DNA of 64,000 nucleotides from Bacteroidaceae bacterium (GTDB taxonomy: Bacteria > Bacteroidota > Bacteroidia > Bacteroidales > Bacteroidaceae): positions 888 to 64,887 of the forward strand of contig JAFQBF010000010.1 in NCBI GenBank assembly GCA_017416735.1, written 5' to 3'. Position 1 is the first letter of the stretch; each line of letters begins with the position of its first letter. Made by a program: the position numbers and the translations under genes. Of the stretch, positions 22,109-32,431 are shown piece by piece. Below the pieces are notes generated by a model, which was not told the origin of the DNA, ran no database searches, and saw only the letters and a list, made by a program, of their open reading frames with translations.

Positions 22109-22702
22109 TTAGTCAATAATAGTACCATCAGAATCAGTTTTACGCCACATTTTTGTATCAAAACAATAACGCTTTATAATCTTCGCTGGTGCACCAACAG
22201 CCACACAATAAGGTGGAATATTTTTTGTAACAACACTATTCGACCCTATAATGCAATGTTTTCCAATTGAAGCTCCGAGAATACAAACATTTTCTCCTAA
22301 CCAGCTATTTTCTCCTATTATAACTTCGCCATTTTGAATAATAGGTTGGTTCTTTATTGGAGTAGAAATATCTTTATAACCATGCAAATTATCTGAAATA
22401 TAAACTTTATCTGCTGTTAATACATTTCTCTCCAAAATAATTTTTTTTGTTGCATATATATGATTAAAATGCCCTATAGTAACTCCATCCTTTAATTCTA
22501 AACGACATTCTTTTTCTCCTGTCAAGGGTAATGCTGCCAACCAAGTTTTATATCCTACAAAAACATTGTTATGAATGAAAATATTATTTTTCCCATCTAA
22601 TCTTAAAGGTTTATCAATAAAAGAATGTTTTCCAAATTTCTTAAAATATACCTTATACAAAATCCTAAGAAATAAATTGTATGGATAACTTATGAATCGC
22701 AT
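22109..22702 (-). CDS. Hexapeptide-repeat (LbH) acyltransferase
   Basis: IGENSWLGENVCILGASIGKHCIIGSNSVVTKNIP..CVAVGAPAK. Confidence 0.9.
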   Translation of the reverse strand: MRFISYPYNLFLRILYKVYFKKFGKHSFIDKPLRLDGKNNIFIHNNVFVGYKTWLAALPLTGEKECRLELKDGVTIGHFNHIYATKKIILERNVLTADKVYISDNLHGYKDISTPIKNQPIIQNGEVIIGENSWLGENVCILGASIGKHCIIGSNSVVTKNIPPYCVAVGAPAKIIKRYCFDTKMWRKTDSDGTIID

Positions 22703-22703
22703 A

Positions 22704-23744
22704 TTACACTATATTAATTTTTCTATAAAATGTCGGTATATGAGAAAAATCCACATTGTATCCTTTTAAATGCTTAATTATTGAATTACATTGATGCCCC
22801 ATTTCAGCAGCATATAGAAAAATCGACGTATCAACCGACCATAAAGTCACATTTTGAGTTAACAATAATTCTATCTCTAAAAATAAATTATTAGGTAAAA
22901 TCTCTACATTTATATTATATGTTTCGAACAACTCCATTGTACACTTTTTAGACTCTTCGGATTCAACAGGATGAAATTTTACAAAAATTTTATTTATATT
23001 ATCATCAATTAATTTGTTTATGCAGCCATTTCTTATGGCATCAATGTAACTATCCATTCTTATTCCATCTGATTCTGTAAATGATAATCCTAGCCAAATA
23101 TGACAATTATCCAAATCATATTTTTTAGTCCAATTAAAACTATCTTTAACTTGTTTTAGTGAAATAATTTCAAGATTATTAGCTCGATAAAAAGAGTTTT
23201 CACTGAAGCCATAGAATTTTTTATCTATACAATTGAAACATGCATTATATATATAAGGTAATGCTTGCATCTTAAGACTAAATCCTTTTAATATAGCTAT
23301 AATATCAGATAAAATGTATCTAATTTTATTATTTCTAAATGATCTTTCTTTTGAAAACTGTTCAAATAGTGATTGAAAATATATTTTCTCTCTATATACC
23401 GATAATCCTTCTTCAATATAATGAAAATTAACACAATTCTTATTTGTAATAATAATTTGTTGCAATGATGTAACAGCATCTACGTATGCAATGTATTTTT
23501 CATTTTCGCATAGCTTATTAATATGTTTGTCTATTGAATATATTGGTGCTAAGACATCAATGGGATGACGAAATAAATCTTTCATCGTTCTTATTCCAAT
23601 ATTATGAATAGGTATTGGTCCCCATTCATTTGAATATTTTTTTGCTATAAAAATGACATTTTTGTTTGGTATTCTTTCTTTACATATAACACCTAGTGAT
23701 GCAAGATATGAAATATTAGAATGGATTATAAAGATATGCTTCAT
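22704..23744 (-). CDS. Putative nonulosonic-acid (sialyl/pseudaminyl) transferase
   Basis: YIEEG and VKFHP motifs of bacterial sialyltransferase-type GTs; adjacent to wzx and pseI. Confidence 0.65.
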   Translation of the reverse strand: MKHIFIIHSNISYLASLGVICKERIPNKNVIFIAKKYSNEWGPIPIHNIGIRTMKDLFRHPIDVLAPIYSIDKHINKLCENEKYIAYVDAVTSLQQIIITNKNCVNFHYIEEGLSVYREKIYFQSLFEQFSKERSFRNNKIRYILSDIIAILKGFSLKMQALPYIYNACFNCIDKKFYGFSENSFYRANNLEIISLKQVKDSFNWTKKYDLDNCHIWLGLSFTESDGIRMDSYIDAIRNGCINKLIDDNINKIFVKFHPVESEESKKCTMELFETYNINVEILPNNLFLEIELLLTQNVTLWSVDTSIFLYAAEMGHQCNSIIKHLKGYNVDFSHIPTFYRKINIV

Positions 23745-23752
23745 GGTATAAT

Positions 23753-25165
23753 TTATATTCTTTTCCTTAAAAAGTCTAAATTTAAATATTTATATAGCCC
23801 TATTGATGTGAATAAATATATTAAGCTTTTTATAATAATATTAATATATATACATTCACTCCATTTTAACATATATACTGAGAACAAAATAACAATTGCA
23901 ACAAGAGCAATAGGTATTACAACTTGTAAAAGTTTATTATGTAAGTTTGAATAGTAAATTGAAATTGATAGAATGACTAAAAAAGCAAAAAATGATGAGG
24001 CGCAGGCTCCGATTAGTCCCAAATATGGAATTAGCACTAAATTCTGTATAACACTAGCGAAACCACCTATCATTGTTGCTAATGAATTTATATGTGTTTT
24101 TCCTTTTGCTGTTACAATTGTTGAATATAAAAGTGATACAGATGACAATATCAATGGAAATAATGTTAATGGTACGTAAAAAAAGACATCTTTATAATTC
24201 TCTGTAGCAAAAAATATAAAAAACTCTTTTGCATATAAAGAAATACCCAAAGCGCTAATGAGAATGGCAAATAGGAAATAATCTCTTACTCTATAAAATT
24301 TTTTTTTAAAATTTAATGAACCATATATTTTAAAAAAGTATGGTTCAAATGCTTTATAAGCGCCATTAGATATAATATTTAAAATTAATGATAAAGTCAT
24401 TGCTGTTGAATACACACCTAAACGTTCTAATCCAAGATATCTTTCAATAAAGAAGCGATCAGACATTGCCAATAAATAATAAGCTATAACCCCAGGTAAT
24501 AATGGTAAAGAAAATCTTAATGCGATTTTAATTTTTTGCCAATTAAAATACCAATTCATATTTCTCAATGTAATGTATATAAATATGAGCCCAAATATAA
24601 TACTTATACACATTGCTGAATATAAAAGCCCTAATGCTGTAAAATGAAAAAATACAACTAATACTATATTTATAGTAGCAGCTAAAATTCCTTTTACAAG
24701 ATTTAAAATGGTTAAAGGCAAAGGATTCTCTTTAACACGGTATAAAGCTGATGGAAGAACTGAAAACAGATTAAAAAAATTTGTTATTATACCAACGATT
24801 ATATATGGATAGAAATCTATATTCTTTGAGAAAATATTTGGATATATATATCCAAATATACATATCAGTATTGATAAAATTAGATTTATAGAAATAACAA
24901 AAATACTTAAGTTTCCTAATAAATTTCTTCTTTCTTCTTCATTATTAGCTTTATAGTAATAAACTAAATAATATGTATTAAGACATAAAAAGCCCAAAAG
25001 GAATAGAAAATTTATAATTGTATTAACATAGTTTACAATTCCGTAATCTGCTGGTGTTAAGTAGCTTGTCAGAATAGGAAATGTTATAAACGACAATGCT
25101 CTAGGTACGATATCACCAATTGCATAAATTGTTGTATTTTTAAGTAATTTGGTCTTTTCTGACAT
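23753..25165 (-). CDS. wzx: Oligosaccharide flippase
   Basis: KLLKNTTIYAIG, PILTSYLTPADYG, SDRFFI..YLG...LGVYS; multiple TM segments. Confidence 0.9.
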   Translation of the reverse strand: MSEKTKLLKNTTIYAIGDIVPRALSFITFPILTSYLTPADYGIVNYVNTIINFLFLLGFLCLNTYYLVYYYKANNEEERRNLLGNLSIFVISINLILSILICIFGYIYPNIFSKNIDFYPYIIVGIITNFFNLFSVLPSALYRVKENPLPLTILNLVKGILAATINIVLVVFFHFTALGLLYSAMCISIIFGLIFIYITLRNMNWYFNWQKIKIALRFSLPLLPGVIAYYLLAMSDRFFIERYLGLERLGVYSTAMTLSLILNIISNGAYKAFEPYFFKIYGSLNFKKKFYRVRDYFLFAILISALGISLYAKEFFIFFATENYKDVFFYVPLTLFPLILSSVSLLYSTIVTAKGKTHINSLATMIGGFASVIQNLVLIPYLGLIGACASSFFAFLVILSISIYYSNLHNKLLQVVIPIALVAIVILFSVYMLKWSECIYINIIIKSLIYLFTSIGLYKYLNLDFLRKRI

Positions 25166-25201
25166 ATGATAAATTTCTATTAATTAACCTATATATACCC
25201 A

Positions 25202-26212
25202 TCATTCAATATATCTTAAGTCAAAACGTGTACCTTTATCTAATTCACAATTAATACGTTTCCCTATACATTCATCCAAATGTTTAGGAGAAAGTCCATA
25301 ACCAGGACGTACGGAACGAAGATTCTTTTCTGTCAACACATCACCTGTTTTCATATCTTCGGCAATATATAGAGAACGTGAAAATTGACGCCCCTTAATC
25401 TTTGATGGATCAGTAGGATAATCAACAATACCCAATGCCTTTTCCACATTACGGATACTCTTTACCATTTCCTTAAATTCTTCAACGGTCATTGAAAAAG
25501 ATGCATCAGGACCACCGATTGCACGATCAAGAATAAAATGTTTTTCAATCATTTCTGCTCCTAGGGCTACAGCAGCAATTGCTACATCAGAACCCATCGT
25601 ATGGTCAGAAAGTCCCACTTTTACTCCAAAGCGTTCTTTCATATCTAACATAGTACGGAGGTTGACATTCTCCATAGGTGCAGGATAAGCAGATACACAA
25701 CGTAGAAGTGTAATATCATAGTTCCCCACTTTATGACAAGCCTTAATAGCCAGTTCTATATCCTCCATCGTAGCTATACCTGTTGAGATAACCATTGGCT
25801 TACCCTTGCTTGCTGCATAACGAATAAGATTCACATCTGTTATCTCGAAACTTGCAATTTTCAGGATAGGATTACCACATGTTTCAAGAAAATCAACAGC
25901 AGTGTTATCAAATGGAGTAGAGAAGCAAATAAGGCCACATTTCTTGGCTTCATCAAAAATTGCCTGATGCCACTCCCATGGGGTATATGCCTCCTTGTAG
26001 AGGTCATAAAATGTCGTATCATCCCATAAAGTACCACCACTAACCACAAAATCTGGCTTTTTACAATCAAGAGTTAGTGTATCTGCTGTATATGTTTGTA
26101 TCTTGACTGCATTTACACCAGCATCTGCAATAGCACGAACTGAAGCCAATGCTGTTTCAAGGCTATGGCCATGATTAGCTGATAGTTCCGCGACGATGAA
26201 TGTTTTATTCAT
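25202..26212 (-). CDS. pseI: Pseudaminic acid synthase
   Basis: IVAELSANH, KIQTYTADT, YTPWEWH, KIASFEITD, GLSDHT, IEKHF, C-terminal SAF domain. Confidence 0.93.
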   Translation of the reverse strand: MNKTFIVAELSANHGHSLETALASVRAIADAGVNAVKIQTYTADTLTLDCKKPDFVVSGGTLWDDTTFYDLYKEAYTPWEWHQAIFDEAKKCGLICFSTPFDNTAVDFLETCGNPILKIASFEITDVNLIRYAASKGKPMVISTGIATMEDIELAIKACHKVGNYDITLLRCVSAYPAPMENVNLRTMLDMKERFGVKVGLSDHTMGSDVAIAAVALGAEMIEKHFILDRAIGGPDASFSMTVEEFKEMVKSIRNVEKALGIVDYPTDPSKIKGRQFSRSLYIAEDMKTGDVLTEKNLRSVRPGYGLSPKHLDECIGKRINCELDKGTRFDLRYIE

Positions 26213-26242
26213 TCTTTTATGTTATTAATATATTTCCTCATT

Positions 26243-26788
26243 TTAATGAGCACAAATGTATTTATTCAATATATCACGATGTTGCTTCCACTCCTCGTTA
26301 AATATTGCGTATGACACACAGTCTATGCGTTCATTATCTCTCTTTAGGAAGTCCTTAAAATACCCTTGTTTCTGCAATCCAAAGCGTTCATATAGCTTTA
26401 TTGCAGGAGTATTGAAAGAAAGGACTTCACATATTATTTTATGAGCATTTAGTTTAGCAAAACCATATTCTAGTATATTAAAGAGTATAGCCGAACCATA
26501 CCCAGCCCCAATAAATTTCTGATTACCAATATATAATCCAAATTCATAGGTGTCTTCAGCACGCTCCGCACGTGTCAAAGAAGCATAACCTACCGGCTGT
26601 CCTTCGCTCTCAACAAACCAACAATATCCACGTTCACCTCTACATACACTTTCGTACCATAATTGCTGCTGTTCTTCCGTTATGATTCCAGTTGAGAACA
26701 TATTTCTCGCTATATCCGGTGAATTGCGCCACATACGTATCGTTTCAAGGTCGCAATACTCAATATTTCTGAAGGCTACTTTAGGCAT
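26243..26788 (-). CDS. pseH: PseH-like N-acetyltransferase
   Basis: DLETIRMWRNSP, FGLYIG, HKIICEVLSFNTPAIKLYERFG. Confidence 0.8.
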   Translation of the reverse strand: MPKVAFRNIEYCDLETIRMWRNSPDIARNMFSTGIITEEQQQLWYESVCRGERGYCWFVESEGQPVGYASLTRAERAEDTYEFGLYIGNQKFIGAGYGSAILFNILEYGFAKLNAHKIICEVLSFNTPAIKLYERFGLQKQGYFKDFLKRDNERIDCVSYAIFNEEWKQHRDILNKYICAH

Positions 26789-27353
26789 TGTCAGAATCTA
26801 TTAAAGAGTGAACTACAACATCCTTATATTGTTCTTCGAAGAAGCAATGTTCCTTAAGAGTTGCTTCCCTGTGGAACCCATTCGATTCCAGCATAGTATA
26901 AAGATGCGGACGCAAGTCAAACGCATAAGTATAAATCTTATGCAACCCAAGATCTTTAAAAGCAAGTTCTTTCAGCATAGTCAGATAATTGCTCCAATGT
27001 TCAGAAAAATGTTCCTTTTCCAATTGGGTATCCATAATGAAAGATATCTCTGCATTGTTATCAATCCAATTTATATGAACCAAACCGCCATATCCTATAC
27101 AGACACCTTTCTCCAAATAGGAGAAAAGAATCTGATCAGGCTTCTGTTGAGCATAAAGATTTGCCACCACGTTATCAAAATATCTTTGCTGATCCTCTGC
27201 AGTCAGAGGGCGAGCTTGACGAAGATGATAAATCTGTTCATTACGCCACTTCATGATAGAAAATCTATCCTCATAGCGCAAAGGAACTATAGAGTAGTCA
27301 CCCAATGTGTACTCTTGTTGTTTTAGGCACTTGTAGCTAGGCATTATATTCAA
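26781..27353 (-). CDS. GNAT (RimJ/RimL-like) N-acyltransferase
   Basis: IMKWRNEQ, IGYGGLVHINW..NAEISF, LGLHKIYT. Confidence 0.8.
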   Translation of the reverse strand: MNIMPSYKCLKQQEYTLGDYSIVPLRYEDRFSIMKWRNEQIYHLRQARPLTAEDQQRYFDNVVANLYAQQKPDQILFSYLEKGVCIGYGGLVHINWIDNNAEISFIMDTQLEKEHFSEHWSNYLTMLKELAFKDLGLHKIYTYAFDLRPHLYTMLESNGFHREATLKEHCFFEEQYKDVVVHSLIDSDNA

Positions 27354-28661
27354 TTAATTAAGACGCTTGAAACCAGCTTGGCATATCGGTCCCTCAAGAG
27401 CCTTCATTACATCCTTGCCATCCTCAAAGTCACGAATATCAGCAAACACAGGGTCAAGAGCTTCGAAATATCCATCAATTATTTCTGGGGTATGTGCCAA
27501 TGATGTGTACATCAATGTACCTGCAAGATAACCCTTTTTCAACATTTCCTGTGTTATATAAGTCTTATATGCTAGAGCATTAGGAGAGTCAAATGTGTAA
27601 CCAGCAAGAGCTGGAATACCCCACTGATTTATCTTTAAACCAAATTTGTCGGCAAGAGCCTGCCAACGCACCTTGTTCTGCTTGCCAAGTTCTGTAATGT
27701 ATTCCCAAGACTTTGTTTTCTCCATTACATCAAGTGCTGCAAGTGCAGCAGTTGGACCTATACGATCTGTCCAGAAAGTTGAACTAATCCAAGAACCTTG
27801 TGCAGCTTCCATAATATCTTTTCTACCAACTACAGCAGCAATTACATAGCCATTACCCATAGTCTTGCTATAGATTGTCATATCCGGATATACACCATAT
27901 TTTGTATGAAGGCCGCCAAAAGTTTCACGAAATCCGGAAGTACATTCATCAAAAATAAGAATTACACCATATTCGTTGCAGAGATTGCGGATATGTTCAA
28001 GATAACCTTCTTCCGGTCCAAAATTACGGCAAACCTCCATCTTAACAGCAGCAAGGTCTGGAGTATTGCGGATGATACTCTCTATTTCTTCAAAATCATT
28101 GTAATGAAAAGGAATAGATGAACCACGAAGACCTTTTGGAACACCAGCTGTAGGTATTCCCGGGAGCAGATGGCCAGAGAGTGCATCACTCTCACCAAGA
28201 TTCACAGACACATACCAGTCATGCCATCCGTGATAGCCACAGATAGCCACTTTATCCTTTCCTGTATAAGCACGTGCTATACGCACACACATAGAATTAG
28301 CTTCACCTCCACCACGTGTGTAACGAACACCGCCAGCCCATGGATTCATCTGAAGAAGACGTTCTGCAAGGTATACTTCCTCTGGACAATTGAGTGTGGT
28401 GAGGTTTCCATCACGAACCACTTTCATGACAGCTTCATCTACTTCTTCACAGGCATATCCAAGTGTATTGGTTCCTACCCCCATCAATCCACAATCAATA
28501 TATTCACGACCATCAAGATCCCATACTCTACAACCTTTAGACTTGGAATAGTACGCAGGCCAGTTCTCAGGAAGCAATTGCTCAGGTCTCTTAGAAAGAA
28601 GGGATGTACCTCCTGGTATCAATGTTTTAGCTTTCTTGTAAAGCTCTTGTCCTTTTCCCAT
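27354..28661 (-). CDS. Class III PLP aminotransferase (GSA aminomutase-like)
   Basis: SKGCRVWDLDGREYID, CGYHGWHDW, LIFDECTSGFR, SKTMGNG. Confidence 0.9.
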   Translation of the reverse strand: MGKGQELYKKAKTLIPGGTSLLSKRPEQLLPENWPAYYSKSKGCRVWDLDGREYIDCGLMGVGTNTLGYACEEVDEAVMKVVRDGNLTTLNCPEEVYLAERLLQMNPWAGGVRYTRGGGEANSMCVRIARAYTGKDKVAICGYHGWHDWYVSVNLGESDALSGHLLPGIPTAGVPKGLRGSSIPFHYNDFEEIESIIRNTPDLAAVKMEVCRNFGPEEGYLEHIRNLCNEYGVILIFDECTSGFRETFGGLHTKYGVYPDMTIYSKTMGNGYVIAAVVGRKDIMEAAQGSWISSTFWTDRIGPTAALAALDVMEKTKSWEYITELGKQNKVRWQALADKFGLKINQWGIPALAGYTFDSPNALAYKTYITQEMLKKGYLAGTLMYTSLAHTPEIIDGYFEALDPVFADIRDFEDGKDVMKALEGPICQAGFKRLN

Positions 28662-28670
28662 ATCGTTTAA

Positions 28671-29456
28671 TTATTTATTTATAATTGAATCATTTGCAAT
28701 TGACTTGGCATAACCTTCATTATTAGCAAATTTACTGTTTATCTCGTACAATTCTTTGTGCTTAAGAAGATAGTCTATATAATCTTTCCATCCTCTATCA
28801 ATGCCGAGGTTCTCAATAAGAGCTTTAATAACCTCAAAATCCTCGGGTTCATCAATAGTAATGCGATAGTCATTGGCATTATATTCACCCGCAGGATTTG
28901 GAAAATCATAAGTATTAAACAAATTACCACCATTAGCTGTGCCATTCTTCCAAATGTATGGTGTAACATGTTCTCGTTCCGACTTTAAATTAGCATCATT
29001 GTATGCCTTTTCAATAGCAGAAAACTTCATCACTTCAGTATCGAGTCCATCTGGGAAACTCTTTGCGTCTGTATGAATATAGTCGTATTCGGGATGTTCT
29101 ATAGCAAAAGTAACTACAGCATCAATAACATTAGGATCTATCAACGGACAGTCGGAAGTTAGTCGGATTACATAATCTGGTTTCTCTGTAGCAGCTGTTC
29201 CATAGAATCGGGATAGCACATCATCTACAGAACCCTTGAAAAACTCTACTCCTAACTTATCTGCTACTTCAACAATGTATTTTGAACCTTCTTCATCAGT
29301 AGTTGCTATCTTCAATTTGTCAATAGACTTTGACTGAAGTATTCTAAGTAAATGAACTTCCAATAAAGTTTGGCCATTTACTTCTTTCAAAATCTTTGCA
29401 GGAAGACGGGTTGAACCATATCTTGCCTGTGTAATAGCTAATACTTTCATTTCCAA
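28671..29456 (-). CDS. SpsF-like cytidylyltransferase (probable CMP-nonulosonate synthetase)
   Basis: QARYGSTRLPAK, GSVDDVLSRF, RLTSDCPLIDP, REHVTPYI, RITIDEPED. Confidence 0.85.
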   Translation of the reverse strand: MEMKVLAITQARYGSTRLPAKILKEVNGQTLLEVHLLRILQSKSIDKLKIATTDEEGSKYIVEVADKLGVEFFKGSVDDVLSRFYGTAATEKPDYVIRLTSDCPLIDPNVIDAVVTFAIEHPEYDYIHTDAKSFPDGLDTEVMKFSAIEKAYNDANLKSEREHVTPYIWKNGTANGGNLFNTYDFPNPAGEYNANDYRITIDEPEDFEVIKALIENLGIDRGWKDYIDYLLKHKELYEINSKFANNEGYAKSIANDSIINK

Positions 29457-30283
29457 TTAACCGGATTTAATAATTCTTTTTCTTTAACTGGAATGGACAA
29501 ATTGATAGGAAAATCAATAATAGAAGATAAATTGGTTTTCAATTGCTCAACATTATCAACACCTATCAAAACTCCATCAATATATTTATTCTGTAAATTG
29601 TAATTCAGAGCTAATTCTGCAATAGAAATCTGTTGATTCTGTGCATAAACATCCAATTGTTCCAAGTATGGTTTTAAGGGTTGTAACTTGGGGGGAAGAT
29701 GATTTCTCTCTTTAAAGAACAATCCTTGCAAGAATGTACTTCGTACATGTATTTCAACACCTTTTTCTTTCAATAAAGAAAAGTATGATTCAAATTGGCG
29801 ATCAAATATATTATAAGGAATTTGAATTATATCAAATTCAATATTATCATTCAAAATAATTTCTAGTTCAGAAGGAGAATACAATGAAAATCCTACTTTT
29901 TTTACTTTTCCAGAATACTTTAGTGCAAGCATATCTTTCCACATAGTAGGATTTTCTTGATAGACTGAAAAATGGTGTAACAAATAACCATAAAGTCTCT
30001 CAACCTTCAAATCTTTTAGCGATTGATCAAAACATTCTTTTACGGACTTATCACATTTAGGATATTTAGAAACAATCTTAAACAAATTTTCTTTATCAAT
30101 AGTTGTACCTAATATTTCTTCGGCATTGCCATAAGCTGAAGATGTATCCAAAATTCTAATGTTATTATTATATGCTTCCTCCAATATAGAATAAACCATA
30201 GCTGCATCTGGACGGCCAGCAGAATTAACTCCATATTGTACCCCAAATTGGACCGTTCCTAAAATAAGTTTGTTTGCTTTCAT
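29447..30283 (-). CDS. Aldo/keto reductase
   Basis: LILGTVQFG, LDTSSAYG.AE, QIPYNIFD, RSTFLQG. Confidence 0.88.
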   Translation of the reverse strand: MKANKLILGTVQFGVQYGVNSAGRPDAAMVYSILEEAYNNNIRILDTSSAYGNAEEILGTTIDKENLFKIVSKYPKCDKSVKECFDQSLKDLKVERLYGYLLHHFSVYQENPTMWKDMLALKYSGKVKKVGFSLYSPSELEIILNDNIEFDIIQIPYNIFDRQFESYFSLLKEKGVEIHVRSTFLQGLFFKERNHLPPKLQPLKPYLEQLDVYAQNQQISIAELALNYNLQNKYIDGVLIGVDNVEQLKTNLSSIIDFPINLSIPVKEKELLNPVNWK

Positions 30284-30287
30284 AAAA

Positions 30288-31274
30288 TTATTCATTAGCT
30301 TCTGTGTTAAAATTAGCTTGACAAGCAATTCGTGTATGGAGAAGATTGCTAAAACCTCGTTTATATTTGACAATAGCATTTACTTTAGGGTCATCATTGT
30401 TACTAACATCTCCAAAATTAAACTTTTCAAAACCTTTCTCTTTGGCCAAAAGGATGGAACAGAACAATCCATAATGACCAATAGGTAAATTTTGTGCCAT
30501 CAAATCCCTGTCATTGACACAGACACCATAATAGCAATCTTTATTACCATTTAATATCAACGTCGCTGTTACCAATTCATTGTTGTAATAACCCATTACA
30601 ACATAACCCATTCCTTGTTTAACAGCTCTACTTTGCAGCATCCAACTTTCATGAGAGCGAGTATGGCGTTTAGCTACTGTGATATGAAAATCCTCAAATT
30701 CAGACATTATCTCATCAGTCATATTTGTTTTGTCGTAAATTCTGATGTCAAGGTTTCTTTGTCCCCAGTTAATAAGTGACTTATAACTCTTACGGACACC
30801 CATCTTGATATCATTCTCACTTTGATTCAAATCAATACTGTTCTCATATATGATTTTACTTGAAAATGTTATGCCATCCTGCTCATAATATTTCAAAAGG
30901 AAATAGGGATTCTCAAAAAATTTGAGAGCCTTAATGTTCTTTTCCTTTATCAATTGTTCAAGTTTAACAAACAACTCTCCAAAAGCTTGATTTTTAGACT
31001 TGGTAGGGAAACTATCATCATAAATCACATCTGTTGGAGACCCAAAGAAAGACAATTCTTCACCATTGGAAAACATAATTAGACTGATACAATAACCCGA
31101 CTTGTCATACACGATTAACGATTCATCAGTCCACTTCTCACCAAAATACTCCCTATAATAATCTAAATGGATATCACAGAATCGATAATCAGAGCATGTC
31201 AATTTATACAATGCAGAATTATGATATGCATTCAATTCTTCGTCAGACAATTCTGAAAGACGTACAACTTTCAT
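30288..31274 (-). CDS. FemAB/GNAT-family acyl or aminoacyl transferase
   Basis: IDLNQSENDIKMGVRKSYKSLINWG, IVKYKRGF as in FemAB-like proteins of NulO clusters. Confidence 0.7.
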   Translation of the reverse strand: MKVVRLSELSDEELNAYHNSALYKLTCSDYRFCDIHLDYYREYFGEKWTDESLIVYDKSGYCISLIMFSNGEELSFFGSPTDVIYDDSFPTKSKNQAFGELFVKLEQLIKEKNIKALKFFENPYFLLKYYEQDGITFSSKIIYENSIDLNQSENDIKMGVRKSYKSLINWGQRNLDIRIYDKTNMTDEIMSEFEDFHITVAKRHTRSHESWMLQSRAVKQGMGYVVMGYYNNELVTATLILNGNKDCYYGVCVNDRDLMAQNLPIGHYGLFCSILLAKEKGFEKFNFGDVSNNDDPKVNAIVKYKRGFSNLLHTRIACQANFNTEANE

Positions 31275-32431
31275 TATTTTAAAAATTCTAAAGTTTTTTC
31301 TATAATCCAATCTTGCTCCTCATCCGTCAAAGTGGGGAACATTGGCAAAGCCAAACACTTGGTATAATAATCTTCTGCTACAGGACAATCTCCTTCCTTC
31401 CATCCCAAATTCTTATAATATGGCATCGTATGAGCTGGAATGTAAAGAACTTGTGAATAAATATTGTTTTCACGCAAAAAGTCATACAATTCCTTACGCT
31501 TATCTACCTGAATGATGTAAAGATGGAATGCGTGAAGAATATTATTCGCACGAAATGGAGTACGGATACTTGTCCCTGCAAATGCCTCATCGTATTTCTT
31601 GGCTATCTCATTACGACGTTCAATACTCCAATCCAAACGTTTTAATTGGCTAATACCTAATGCAGCTTGAAACTCTGTGATACGATAGTTATATCCTAAT
31701 TCCTGCATTTCATAATACCAACCACCATGATTTTCTTGAAGCAAAGCAGGGTCTTTAGTAATACCATGTGTACGATAAAGGCTTACTTTGTCAAATAATT
31801 CTTTATTATTAGTAGTAATAGCACCACCTTCACCCGTTGCAATATGCTTTACCGGATGGAATGAAAAGACTGTCAAATCTGCATAGTTGCTATTACCTAT
31901 ACGATTCACATTTCCCCTACTATCGGTTAATGCACCACCAGGAGCATGACAAGCATCTTCTACAATCGCAAATTCATATTCATCAGCCAATGAACGCAAT
32001 CTCTCCACATCCACAGGATAACCAGCAAAATCAACAGGCACAACAGCTTTATAAGTTCCTTTTGGGGAAGCCTTCAGAATTTCTTCTAACTTATCCAAAT
32101 CCATTAGATAGGTATCTGGATGAACATCACAGAAAACTATTTCTGCTCCACAATAACGGAAACCGTTAGCACTGGCAACAAACGTGATAGGTGTAGTGAT
32201 AACCTTATCACCTGGTTGAATATCCAAGGCCATAGCACAAAGATGCAAAGCCGCTGTACCGTTACTAACCATACAGGCATACTTACATCCACAATATTTT
32301 GCAAAGTTCTTTTCAAATTCGGGAATCTTTGGACCTTGAGTCAGATAATCGGATTTCAATGTCTCAATTACAGCCTGAATATCTTCGTCTGTAATATGTT
32401 GACGACCGTATGAGATAGGATGGTCTATCAT
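31274..32431 (-). CDS. pseC: UDP-4-amino-4,6-dideoxy-N-acetyl-beta-L-altrosamine transaminase
   Basis: YGRQHI...LTQGP, EDACHAPG, FSFHPVKHIATGEGG, LGYNYRIT. Confidence 0.92.
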   Translation of the reverse strand: MIDHPISYGRQHITDEDIQAVIETLKSDYLTQGPKIPEFEKNFAKYCGCKYACMVSNGTAALHLCAMALDIQPGDKVITTPITFVASANGFRYCGAEIVFCDVHPDTYLMDLDKLEEILKASPKGTYKAVVPVDFAGYPVDVERLRSLADEYEFAIVEDACHAPGGALTDSRGNVNRIGNSNYADLTVFSFHPVKHIATGEGGAITTNNKELFDKVSLYRTHGITKDPALLQENHGGWYYEMQELGYNYRITEFQAALGISQLKRLDWSIERRNEIAKKYDEAFAGTSIRTPFRANNILHAFHLYIIQVDKRKELYDFLRENNIYSQVLYIPAHTMPYYKNLGWKEGDCPVAEDYYTKCLALPMFPTLTDEEQDWIIEKTLEFLK